From Minisyncoccota bacterium (GTDB lineage: Bacteria > Patescibacteriota > Minisyncoccia > Phycocordibacterales > SBAW01): a stretch of DNA of 64,000 bases. Positions 26,964 to 35,690 of the stretch are shown here, piece by piece (positions within the stretch are counted from its first letter, which is position 1; every line of letters starts with the position of its first letter). The stretch spans positions 662-64,661 of the forward strand of contig DATKGU010000003.1 in NCBI GenBank assembly GCA_035510635.1, given 5' to 3'. Below the pieces are notes generated by a model. The model saw only the letters and a list, made by a program, of their open reading frames with translations. It searched no databases and was not told where the DNA came from. A program made the translations under genes and the position numbers.

Positions 26964-27672
26964 ACATCGGAGCCGTTTTTGGATTGTTCTTTTTTTTGCT
27001 GCGTGCGTCGTGGTGCTTGCAGTGCTGCTGCGTAACAACATGAGCAATTTTTTTTGGAACGCCGCCTCTCCGGTAATGGCGTTTCGTAATTCGCTTGATA
27101 CAAACGAGGTAAGCACTTTGCGCGCCGAGCTTGCGTCTACCACGGCGGCTCTTGCCGATCGCAACGCACTGTATGCAGAAAATATCAATCTTAAACAACT
27201 GCTCGGTCGCACGGTCTCCAATCACAGCGTGCTCGCCGCCGTGCTTCAAAAACCGCCGAGCATACCGTATGACACGCTTATTATAGACATTGGCAGGCAA
27301 GACAATGTAGCGCCGGGCGATTTGGTGTTTGCAGGTGGAACATTGGCAATAGGCACCGTGAGCGAAGTGTATGACACCACCTCGCGTGTGACGCTTCTCT
27401 CGAGCCCCGGCGAAACATATGACGCGCTCCTCAACGGCAGCGTGCCCGTATCTCTCACCGGGCAGGGTGACGGCTCGATGTCTGGCGAAGTGCCGGCCGG
27501 CACGCCAGTTAAAGCAGGAGACTCAATTGTGTTGCCCGGCATCGGCTCGTCGTTTGTTGGATCCGTGTCTCATGTCAGCGAGGAAGCGGGGTCATCGTTT
27601 ATAACATTGTATGTGCAGCTTCCCGTCAATTTATTTTCGTTGCAATATATAGAGGTACAAACCAATCCATGA
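26944..27672 (+). CDS. mreC: Rod shape-determining protein MreC.
   Basis: N-terminal TM, coiled-coil, beta-rich C-terminus; operon position. Confidence 0.75.
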   Translation: MTTISPKHRSRFWIVLFFAACVVVLAVLLRNNMSNFFWNAASPVMAFRNSLDTNEVSTLRAELASTTAALADRNALYAENINLKQLLGRTVSNHSVLAAVLQKPPSIPYDTLIIDIGRQDNVAPGDLVFAGGTLAIGTVSEVYDTTSRVTLLSSPGETYDALLNGSVPVSLTGQGDGSMSGEVPAGTPVKAGDSIVLPGIGSSFVGSVSHVSEEAGSSFITLYVQLPVNLFSLQYIEVQTNP

Positions 27673-27959
27673 ACAACGAAGTAAGGTGGTGGATATCGGC
27701 AGGATCTTTTGCGCTTGCGGCGGCCGGTTTTTTGCTTCCGTTTTGGCCGCTCTCGGTGCTCGGCATCGCACTCGCGGCATTTACCGGCCGATGGATGTTG
27801 GCAATTGTATTTGGACTCCTTCTCGATATCGCCTACGGCGCGCCGGTGGGCCGTTGGCAGGTGTTGTATATTCCTTTTACGCTCACCGCCCTCGTGTGTG
27901 TGTTAGGGCGCGCTATCGCTTCACGCTACATGCGTAAAAAATATCAAGACACCCTATAG
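27669..27959 (+). CDS. mreD: Putative MreD (short, 96 aa, polytopic membrane).
   Basis: Position between mreC and mrdA; hydrophobic; overlapping start. Confidence 0.45.
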   Translation: MNNEVRWWISAGSFALAAAGFLLPFWPLSVLGIALAAFTGRWMLAIVFGLLLDIAYGAPVGRWQVLYIPFTLTALVCVLGRAIASRYMRKKYQDTL

Positions 27960-27983
27960 GGGTGTTTTTGTTATACTGCGCGT

Positions 27984-29666
27984 ATGTTTCCTAGCCGATT
28001 TCGGAGGCGTAAAAAAATAACAACGCAGATAGAGCCGGATGAAATTCTCATCGACTCGCAAAATGTGGCCCACTTTGACCGCGACCAATTTGAAGGGCGC
28101 ATTGAGCAGCCGCTCGGCCAGCGTTCTTTTTGGCTTATCGGAGCAATTGTCGGGATATCTTTTATCTGGCTCATGGTGCGCGCCGGCGACCTAGAGCTCA
28201 TGCACGGAGTAGCGTATGCAAAACAGGCCGAGGACAACCAATTGAGCCAGCAAACAATTGTTGCCGACCGCGGTGTCATTGTCGATCGAAACGGCGTGCC
28301 GCTTGCGTACAATGTGCGCGAGTCGGTTACCGATGAGTTTGCCAAGCGCGTGTACTCGTCACTGCGCGGGGTGTCGCTTGTGGTGGGGTACGTAAAGCCA
28401 CCGGCTAAGGACTCAAGCGGCACCTATTATCGCGACGTATTTCTGGGCATGGACGGTGTCGAAGCGGCGTACAATGTAGAGCTTGCCGGTACTAACGGCA
28501 GCAAGTTGTCTGAAACCGATGCACACGGCAACGTCGTGTCGGAAAGTATACAAAATGAGCCGGTGCCGGGTCAAAAAATAACCCTCTCGCTTGATGCAAA
28601 TGTTACGCAAGGCCTCTACGACACGCTTGCCAAGACAGCTGAGCAGTCGGGCTTCCAGGGCGGCGCAGGTGTCATTATGGATGTACAAACCGGTGAGCTC
28701 TTGGCCATGACCAGCTATCCGGAGTACTCCTCGCAGGCGCTTACCGATGGCGACACAGCCGCCATCGATGCGTTTAATAACGATCCAAAATTGCCGTTTT
28801 TGAACCGTGCGGTAGACGGTCTCTATTCGCCGGGTTCGATTGTTAAACCCATCATGGCGATGGCGGGGTTAACTGAGGGCGTCATAACTCCAACTACACA
28901 AATTCTCTCGACCGGCTCAATCAGCGTTCCCAATCCTTACGACAAAGCGCACCCAAGCATATTTAAAGATTGGCGCGTGAATGGCCTTATGACCGTGCGT
29001 GATGCGCTGGCTGTTTCTTCCGATGTATTTTTTTACGAAGTGGGCGGCGGATATCAAAACCAGCCGGGCATCGGCATCAATAACATAGATAAATATTTAA
29101 GCATGTTTGGTTTTGGGGCTCCGGCAGGATTGGCGGGATTTACTGAACCATCCGGCACTATTTCGAGCATTGCGTGGAAGGCGGCAAACTTTCCGGGCGA
29201 CCCCTGGCGTCTTGGCGACACGTACCACACGGCGATCGGACAATACGGCACGCAAATTACGCCGCTCCAAGCAGTGCGCGAGGCGGCGGCGATTGCCAAT
29301 AGCGGCAAGTTGCTTACACCAACACTCATTGCAAGTTCGAGCCCTCAGTTTACGCAACTTAGTTTGCCGGAACAAAACTTTGAGGTGGTACGCGAGGGCA
29401 TGCGAGAGGGTGTGGTGAGCGGCATTTCGGGAGCGGTCAAGTTTGACTTTGTCCATGTGGCCGCAAAAACCGGCACCGCGCAAGTGGGCCTTCAAAACCA
29501 GTATCAAAATTCGTGGATGATAGGTTTTTGGCCGTACGAAAATCCTAAGTATGCATTTGCCATGGTGATGGAGAAGGGCCCTGCAGGCACGGAAATAGAA
29601 TCGCCTTCGGCCATGGGTATTTTCTTGCAATGGATGGAAGTTAATGACCCGCAATATTTGCAGTAG
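27984..29666 (+). CDS. mrdA: Penicillin-binding protein 2 (elongation transpeptidase).
   Basis: SxxK (SIVKP), KTGT (AAKTGTAQ) motifs; N-terminal TM. Confidence 0.85.
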   Translation: MFPSRFRRRKKITTQIEPDEILIDSQNVAHFDRDQFEGRIEQPLGQRSFWLIGAIVGISFIWLMVRAGDLELMHGVAYAKQAEDNQLSQQTIVADRGVIVDRNGVPLAYNVRESVTDEFAKRVYSSLRGVSLVVGYVKPPAKDSSGTYYRDVFLGMDGVEAAYNVELAGTNGSKLSETDAHGNVVSESIQNEPVPGQKITLSLDANVTQGLYDTLAKTAEQSGFQGGAGVIMDVQTGELLAMTSYPEYSSQALTDGDTAAIDAFNNDPKLPFLNRAVDGLYSPGSIVKPIMAMAGLTEGVITPTTQILSTGSISVPNPYDKAHPSIFKDWRVNGLMTVRDALAVSSDVFFYEVGGGYQNQPGIGINNIDKYLSMFGFGAPAGLAGFTEPSGTISSIAWKAANFPGDPWRLGDTYHTAIGQYGTQITPLQAVREAAAIANSGKLLTPTLIASSSPQFTQLSLPEQNFEVVREGMREGVVSGISGAVKFDFVHVAAKTGTAQVGLQNQYQNSWMIGFWPYENPKYAFAMVMEKGPAGTEIESPSAMGIFLQWMEVNDPQYLQ

Positions 29667-29710
29667 ATTTTCCGCTTATCTTGACTTTAGCGTATTTTTG
29701 TATACACTGA

Positions 29711-30184
29711 TTGTTCACTATGCCAAAAGAAGAATTCATTTCGCAGGAAAAATTTGAAGAACTAACAAAGGAGCTCGACCTGCTACGCACCACCCGTCGG
29801 AAGGAGGTGGCGGAGCAGCTTGAGTATGCCCGCTCGCTTGGTGATCTCTCGGAAAACGCCGAGTACCAAGAGGCGCGCGAGATGCAAGCGGCTGTCGAGG
29901 AGCGCGTGCAAAAGCTCGAGTCAATATTAAAAAACGCTAAAATCGTGCGCGCTGGTAAAAGCGACATTGTGGGCATGGGCACAAGCGTGCAGGTTACCAA
30001 AATAGGCTCAACCGACAAGCATAGCTACACAATCGTAGGCGCCGAAGAGGCCAATATTATCGAAGGCAAGGTCTCATACCATTCGCCGCTTGGGAGCGCC
30101 TTGATGGGCAAGAAAAAAGGGGACGAGTTTTCCTTTCACACGCCGCAGGGCACCCTCAAATATAAAATCCTCAAAGTAGAGTAG
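29711..30184 (+). CDS. greA: Transcription elongation factor GreA.
   Basis: Full-length GreA similarity, 157 aa. Confidence 0.9.
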   Translation: MFTMPKEEFISQEKFEELTKELDLLRTTRRKEVAEQLEYARSLGDLSENAEYQEAREMQAAVEERVQKLESILKNAKIVRAGKSDIVGMGTSVQVTKIGSTDKHSYTIVGAEEANIIEGKVSYHSPLGSALMGKKKGDEFSFHTPQGTLKYKILKVE

Positions 30185-30230
30185 TACAAAAGCCCCTCGC
30201 AAAAGGGGCTTTTTACGTTACAATAGGCAC

Positions 30231-31694
30231 ATGGCTAATGATGAAGTCCGCACAGAGCGATTAAAAAAACTCGCGCGTTTAACAGCCGCTGGTCTGTCAG
30301 CCTATCCTGCCACCTCAAAACGCAGTATTTCTATTGCCGAATATCTAAAAGATTTTGATGGATATATAGAGAACAGTAAAAAAGAAACACTTGTCGGCCG
30401 CATACTTTCCATCCGCGGGCAGGGAGGTATTACATTTATGGATGTGTTTGACGGCACTGCCAGGATGCAATTTGTTTTAGAAAAAAATGAAATAGGTGAA
30501 GAACAATTTAACTTGTTTCAAGAAGTTATCGACCAGGGAGATTTTATTGAAGCGGAAGGCGGCGCGTATCTTACCAAAAGGGGAGAGAAGTCGCTCAAGA
30601 TTACGTCATGGAGAATGCTCTCAAAATCGCTCACGACATTGCCAGACGAATGGTATGGATTGCAAGACCCAGAGCTCAAACTTCGCCAACGTTATATTGA
30701 CCTTTTGCTTGATGAAGAATTACGCGCAGTATTTATCCGTCGTGCAAATTTTTGGCATGCCATACGCAGTTTTTTGCTCAAGCAGGGATTTTTAGAGGTA
30801 GAAACTCCTGTACTCGAAAACTCTCCCGGCGGTGCCGATGCACGGCCGTTTGTGACGCACCATAATGCACTTGATATCGATGTATATCTTCGCATCTCGG
30901 CCGGCGAACTTTGGCAGAAGCGTCTTTTAATTGCGGGGTTCCCTAAAGTATTTGAAATTGGACGCATTTTCCGCAACGAGGGGCAGTCGCGCGAACATCT
31001 GCAAGATTATACGCAGTTGGAAACCTACGAAGCATATAGCGACATGCACAAAGGCATGGAGTTTATTAAAGACCTTTATAGGCATATTGCTAAAGAGGTA
31101 TATGGTAAATCAACATTCTCTATCAACGGTCAGAACATCGATTTGGCAGCTGAGTGGGACAAGATAGATTTTTGTAACATAATAGAAGAACGGTTTGGTA
31201 TTAATCCAATCACTTGCAGTGAAGAAGAGGCAATAGCGGCGGTACACAACAATGACATCAAAGTAGGGGAAACACTTAATAAAGCTCGAGCCGTCGATCA
31301 TCTCTGGAAGGCAGTGCGCAAAACCATCTCAGGGCCCGCTTTTCTTATCAATGTGCCCGCTTACCTTGAGCCTCTTGCCAAACGCAGTGCCGACAATCCC
31401 CACGTTGTAGAACGTTTTCAGGTAATTTTGGCAGGTTCTGAAATAGGTAAGGGTTTTAGCGAGCTTAATGATCCACAAGACCAGCGTGCTCGTTTTGAGG
31501 AGCAGCAAAAACTCCGTGAGCAGGGTGATGACGAAGCCCAACGTCTTGATGAGGAGTATGTAGAGGCTATGGAGTATGGCATGCCTCCGGCATTTGGTTT
31601 TGGTCTTTCGGAGCGCCTATTTGCCTTTTTAGAAGATCGTGCTGCCCGTGAGACTCAACTATTCCCACTGCTTAGGCCTAAGAATAAAGAATAA
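30231..31694 (+). CDS. lysS: Lysyl-tRNA synthetase, class II.
   Basis: OB-fold N-terminus plus class II catalytic core; 487 aa. Confidence 0.9.
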   Translation: MANDEVRTERLKKLARLTAAGLSAYPATSKRSISIAEYLKDFDGYIENSKKETLVGRILSIRGQGGITFMDVFDGTARMQFVLEKNEIGEEQFNLFQEVIDQGDFIEAEGGAYLTKRGEKSLKITSWRMLSKSLTTLPDEWYGLQDPELKLRQRYIDLLLDEELRAVFIRRANFWHAIRSFLLKQGFLEVETPVLENSPGGADARPFVTHHNALDIDVYLRISAGELWQKRLLIAGFPKVFEIGRIFRNEGQSREHLQDYTQLETYEAYSDMHKGMEFIKDLYRHIAKEVYGKSTFSINGQNIDLAAEWDKIDFCNIIEERFGINPITCSEEEAIAAVHNNDIKVGETLNKARAVDHLWKAVRKTISGPAFLINVPAYLEPLAKRSADNPHVVERFQVILAGSEIGKGFSELNDPQDQRARFEEQQKLREQGDDEAQRLDEEYVEAMEYGMPPAFGFGLSERLFAFLEDRAARETQLFPLLRPKNKE

Positions 31695-31718
31695 AAATGT
31701 TTATATAAAAAAGAATTA

Positions 31719-31745
31719 GGCCGGCGCTGGGTAAGCGCCGGCCTT
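31719..31745. terminator. Bidirectional hairpin (AGGCCGGCGC-TGGGTAA-GCGCCGGCCT). The minus-strand reading is followed by TTCTTTTTT.
   Basis: 10-bp perfect GC-rich stem between lysS (+) and a small minus-strand ORF. Confidence 0.5.
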
Positions 31746-31752
31746 GATTGCG

Positions 31753-31935
31753 TTACGTCGGGCAAGCTATGGGCCCGAAACGTTCGATGAGCATATAGAG
31801 GACAGCAGCGACGGAGATAAATGCCAGCGCAATGTTTCGCGCTTCTTTGACAATGTCCCGTTTCGGGGACAAGGGGGTTTCTCTCATTCCCTCGTAGGCT
31901 GCAGTTCCTTTATTCCCGCTGAAGAACGATAACAC
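31753..31935 (-). CDS. Hypothetical small membrane protein (up to 60 aa).
   Basis: Hydrophobic IALAFISVAAVLYMLI segment; stop immediately followed (on minus strand) by hairpin plus T-run. Confidence 0.3.
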   Translation of the reverse strand: MLSFFSGNKGTAAYEGMRETPLSPKRDIVKEARNIALAFISVAAVLYMLIERFGPIACPT

Positions 31936-32072
31936 GGTGGCCTCTTTTGTTAGAGATGGCCATTCCTCGTGTCCTATTCGTCGAACTCTTCCCGCTTCAA
32001 ATAGTAATCTACAACAGCGTTTTTGTCAAGTGGCTATACGGGCAACTACAAATAGCTTTAAGCAACAGCAAA

Positions 32073-32136
32073 GTGGGGTAATCCACAGTTTTGTGGGGCA
32101 AAGTGCTATGCAGTGGGAGCTAAGTGGGATAGAGTG
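32073..32136 (+). promoter_or_regulatory. Array of GTGGG direct repeats (putative MraZ operator) overlapping the mraZ 5' end.
   Basis: GTGGG at 32073, 32093, 32113, 32124 and GTGG at 32133, at 10-20 nt spacing, directly upstream of the mraZ ATG (32143). Confidence 0.45.
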
Positions 32137-32142
32137 GTAAGT

Positions 32143-32577
32143 ATGCTGATTGGTGAATATCTCCACACACTCGATAGCAAAAAACGCCTCTCACTGCCGG
32201 CAAAGTTTCGCAAAGAGGTGGGTCGTAAAGTAGTAATCACACGAGGCCTCGACTCATGCCTTTTTATGTTTCCGCTCGCGGCATGGAAGGAGATTGTCGC
32301 CAAACTGCATAACCTTCCGATGGGAGGTGCGGACACGCGCGGCATGAGCCGCTTTATTCTTGCAGGAGCAGTCGAGACCGATGTCGATGCGGCGGGGCGC
32401 ATCTTGATGCCCGACTTTTTAAAAGAGTTTGCCGACCTACGCTCGCGCGTGGTACTTGCAGGAGTCTCCGACCGCATCGAAATCTGGAACGAAAAGACCT
32501 GGGAGGAGTACAAGCGCCGGATTGAAAAAGGCGCCGACCAGATGGCGCAGACGTTGGGCGATTTAGGCATTTTGTAA
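32143..32577 (+). CDS. mraZ: Transcriptional regulator MraZ.
   Basis: MLIGEYLHTLDSKKRLSLPAKFR... double MraZ/SpoVT-AbrB fold. Confidence 0.85.
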   Translation: MLIGEYLHTLDSKKRLSLPAKFRKEVGRKVVITRGLDSCLFMFPLAAWKEIVAKLHNLPMGGADTRGMSRFILAGAVETDVDAAGRILMPDFLKEFADLRSRVVLAGVSDRIEIWNEKTWEEYKRRIEKGADQMAQTLGDLGIL

Positions 32578-32578
32578 C

Positions 32579-33619
32579 ATGAAAAGCACACCGACATTAG
32601 CTACTGTTCGTGCCGAGCACCGTCTCTCTCGAGAGGAGGATGGTCATCCGCGCGAGCAGCAGCAAGTGCCGGAACAATCAAGCAGAAGGGCACCTTCTGC
32701 ATCAGATGCAGAAGGTGCCCTTCTGCCGCGCAAGCATGTGAGTGTGATGCTCAAGGAAGTGCTTGAGCAATTAGACATACACAAAGGCGAGTTGGTAGTT
32801 GATGCCACCGCAGGGAGCGGCGGCCACAGCGAGGCAGCGCTCAAGGCCGGTGCGCGTCTCCTGGCGCTTGATGCCGACCTCTCGGCAGTGGAGCGTACGC
32901 GCGAGCGTCTCGCGCCTTATGGCGCACGCGCCGAGGTCGTGGAGGCCAATTTTAAAGATTTAAGAAAGGTGCTCAAACACGCGGGCCTCGATACGCTTGA
33001 TAAAGCTATATTTGATTTGGGATGGAACCGCGAGCAGCTCGCGGCAGGCAAAGGATTTTCATTTTTAGTTGATGAGCCGCTCAACATGAGCTATGGCGCA
33101 AAACCGGCCTCGGGTTTTACCGCATCCGAGATAGTAAATGAGTGGAAGGAGGAGGTTATTGCCGATGTGCTTTACGGCTATGGAGAGGAAACCTATGCGC
33201 GCAGGATTGCAAAAGCGATAGTTGAGCGCCGCGAAATACGCCCTATCGAAACAACTGTTGAGCTTTCCGAAATAATAAAAGATGCGGTGCCTGCCGCGTA
33301 TCGCCATGGGCGGTTGCATCCGGCTACGCGCTCCTTTCAAGCTCTGCGCATGGCGGTCAACGCAGAGATTGCGTGCATTGAGTCGGGAGTAGCCGCTGCA
33401 TGGGAGCACTTGAGAGAGGGCGGCCGCATTGCGGTCATTACCTTCCACAGCATCGAGGACCGCGCAGTTAAAAGACTTTTTTTGTCGTACGCAAAAAACG
33501 GCGGTCGATTAGTAGTGAAGAAGCCACTTACGCCGAGCCGAGAGGAAATTACCCAAAATCCTTCCGCGCGAAGCGCAAAACTCCGGGTTATAGAAAAATC
33601 GTATGAAAAGGATAACTAA
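32579..33619 (+). CDS. rsmH: 16S rRNA (cytosine1402-N4)-methyltransferase RsmH/MraW. The conserved domain begins ~32747 (MLKEVLEQL); the upstream 56 codons may be non-coding.
   Basis: SAM-binding GGHS motif region, full-length MraW similarity from residue ~57 onward. Confidence 0.8.
   Translation: MKSTPTLATVRAEHRLSREEDGHPREQQQVPEQSSRRAPSASDAEGALLPRKHVSVMLKEVLEQLDIHKGELVVDATAGSGGHSEAALKAGARLLALDADLSAVERTRERLAPYGARAEVVEANFKDLRKVLKHAGLDTLDKAIFDLGWNREQLAAGKGFSFLVDEPLNMSYGAKPASGFTASEIVNEWKEEVIADVLYGYGEETYARRIAKAIVERREIRPIETTVELSEIIKDAVPAAYRHGRLHPATRSFQALRMAVNAEIACIESGVAAAWEHLREGGRIAVITFHSIEDRAVKRLFLSYAKNGGRLVVKKPLTPSREEITQNPSARSAKLRVIEKSYEKDN
32682..32726. repeat. Perfect palindrome: two 22-nt arms (GCAGAAGGGCACCTTCTGCATC / GATGCAGAAGGTGCCCTTCTGC) around a single A.
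   Basis: Exact reverse-complement arms; located in the mraZ-rsmH spacer or annotated N-terminal extension of rsmH. Confidence 0.9.
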
Positions 33620-33956
33620 CCAATTAGAACGAGGAGTTGAGCAAGTAGCGGTCGTGTACCAGCCGTATCTCAACCGTGCGCTCATATTTTTAGTCGTGGT
33701 ACTTACCGTCTCCGTATTTTTATACTGTGCGTTTTTGCTTGAGGCGGTTGCCAATGCTGCCGCCAAAACTACCGCCGAGCGCAATACCGAAGCGCTTACC
33801 GAGCAATTGAGTTCTCTCGAAAACCAATATTTGGCGCTGACACAGTCGCTCACACCCGAGCGCGCTAAAGCGCTTGGATTAGTTACTCCCACAGAAGTGG
33901 CAAGCGTGTATGCGCACGGAGAAAGCGGCTCGCTTTCCTTTGGGCAAATAAAATAG
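33603..33956 (+). CDS. ftsL: Cell division protein FtsL-like (single TM plus coiled coil).
   Basis: 117 aa, TM LIFLVVVLTVSVFLYCAFLL, position between rsmH and ftsI. Confidence 0.5.
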   Translation: MKRITNQLERGVEQVAVVYQPYLNRALIFLVVVLTVSVFLYCAFLLEAVANAAAKTTAERNTEALTEQLSSLENQYLALTQSLTPERAKALGLVTPTEVASVYAHGESGSLSFGQIK

Positions 33957-33972
33957 AGGTTAGAATAGAATA

Positions 33973-35685
33973 ATGAATGCGCGTTTTATCGGCCGAGTGC
34001 GTGTCCTCACGGCATGCATAGTGCTTGGCGGCCTCATCATTGTGGGGAGACTGTACTTCCTTCAAATTGTGCAAGGCAAGGTATATACCGCCCGTGCCGA
34101 CGCGCAGTTTATGGAGCCGGCGAGTCCTTTACCCGACCGCGACTCAATTTATTTTACTGACAAAGACGGCAACCATATTATTGCCGCGACGCTTAAAAGC
34201 GGTTTTACGCTCGCGGTTAATCCCACAAAAGTTACCGATGCGCAGACGCTCTACGCCTCTCTCAATAACTTGATGCCGCTCGACGAAAATGACTTTTTAG
34301 CTAAGGCAACAAAGGCGGGCACGCAATACAGTGTTATTGCCGACCATCTCGACACAGCGCTGGGGGTGGAGCTTGAGCAAAAACAATTGCCCGGCGTTAT
34401 TTTGGCCGAAGACCGCTGGCGCTATTATCCGGGCGGTTCGCTTGCGGCGCAGGAAATAGGTTTTGTGGCGTACAACGGCGACGAGCAAGAGGGCCGCTAT
34501 GGGCTTGAAAAGCAATATCAAGATACACTCAATAAAACCGACGACGATTTGTACGCCAACTTTTTTGTACAGCTTTTTAGCACGGCAAAAGGAGTAATAA
34601 GCGGAGCGCCGCAGAGCGGCGATGTTATCACTACTATCGAGCCATCGGTGCAAGCCGAGCTTGAGCGCGAGCTCGTGGCGTATGACAACACCTGGCACCC
34701 GGCGAGCTCCGGCGGCATCATTATGGATCCGCAAACGGGCGCGATATATGCGATGGCTGTGTCTCCCACGTTTGATTTAAATAATTTTGGCGCACAGACC
34801 GACCCGCTTATCTTTGCAAACCCGCTGGTGCAAAACGTATATGAGATGGGCTCTATCATGAAGCCGCTCACCATGGCGGCCGGCATCGACTCCGGTGTGA
34901 TTACGGCAACCACCACCTATGATGACACCGGCTGCATCACCGTTGATACCAAAAGAATTTGCAATTACGACTATGTTGCGCGAGGCGTGATACCCATGCA
35001 GCAAATACTGAGCCAATCGCTCAATGTGGGTGCCTCGTTTATTGCAACACGCATGGGTCCTTCCATCATGAAAGATTACTTTTTAAATCATTACGACTTA
35101 GGGCAGGCAACCGGCATCGACATGCCGGAGGAGCAGGCGGGGCTGGTAAGCAATTTAAATCACAATCGCCAAGTCGACTACGACACGGCTTCGTTTGGTC
35201 AAGGCATCGCTATTACGCCTGTCGAGACGATACGAGGTCTTGCGACGCTCGCCAACGGCGGTAAGCTGGTGACGCCTCATCTTGTAAGTGCGATACAATA
35301 TGACACGGGTGTAACCAAGACGCTCAATTGGGGCACTGGCACGCAAGTGTTGAAGCCAAGCACTACCGCGGCGGTAACCAGCATGCTCACCACGGTGGTC
35401 GACACCGTGCTTGATAACGGGGCGGTTAAAATGGCCCATTACAGCATCGCAGCTAAAACAGGCACCGCGCAAATAGTTGATCCCGCAACCCAAGCGTATT
35501 ATCCGGACACCTATTTGCACAGCTATTTTGGCTATCTGCCGGCCGGGAGCAACGCGCGGTTTATTATCTTTTTGTTTGCGCTCAAGCCGGTTGGCGCACC
35601 ATACGCCTCCGAGACATGGTCGGATCCGTTTATCGACATCACACACTTTTTAGTCAATTATTATAATATTCCTCCCGACCGATAA
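33973..35685 (+). CDS. ftsI: Peptidoglycan D,D-transpeptidase FtsI (PBP3).
   Basis: SxxK (SIMKP), KTGT (AAKTGTAQ); N-terminal TM; dcw position. Confidence 0.85.
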   Translation: MNARFIGRVRVLTACIVLGGLIIVGRLYFLQIVQGKVYTARADAQFMEPASPLPDRDSIYFTDKDGNHIIAATLKSGFTLAVNPTKVTDAQTLYASLNNLMPLDENDFLAKATKAGTQYSVIADHLDTALGVELEQKQLPGVILAEDRWRYYPGGSLAAQEIGFVAYNGDEQEGRYGLEKQYQDTLNKTDDDLYANFFVQLFSTAKGVISGAPQSGDVITTIEPSVQAELERELVAYDNTWHPASSGGIIMDPQTGAIYAMAVSPTFDLNNFGAQTDPLIFANPLVQNVYEMGSIMKPLTMAAGIDSGVITATTTYDDTGCITVDTKRICNYDYVARGVIPMQQILSQSLNVGASFIATRMGPSIMKDYFLNHYDLGQATGIDMPEEQAGLVSNLNHNRQVDYDTASFGQGIAITPVETIRGLATLANGGKLVTPHLVSAIQYDTGVTKTLNWGTGTQVLKPSTTAAVTSMLTTVVDTVLDNGAVKMAHYSIAAKTGTAQIVDPATQAYYPDTYLHSYFGYLPAGSNARFIIFLFALKPVGAPYASETWSDPFIDITHFLVNYYNIPPDR

Positions 35686-35690
35686 TCCTC

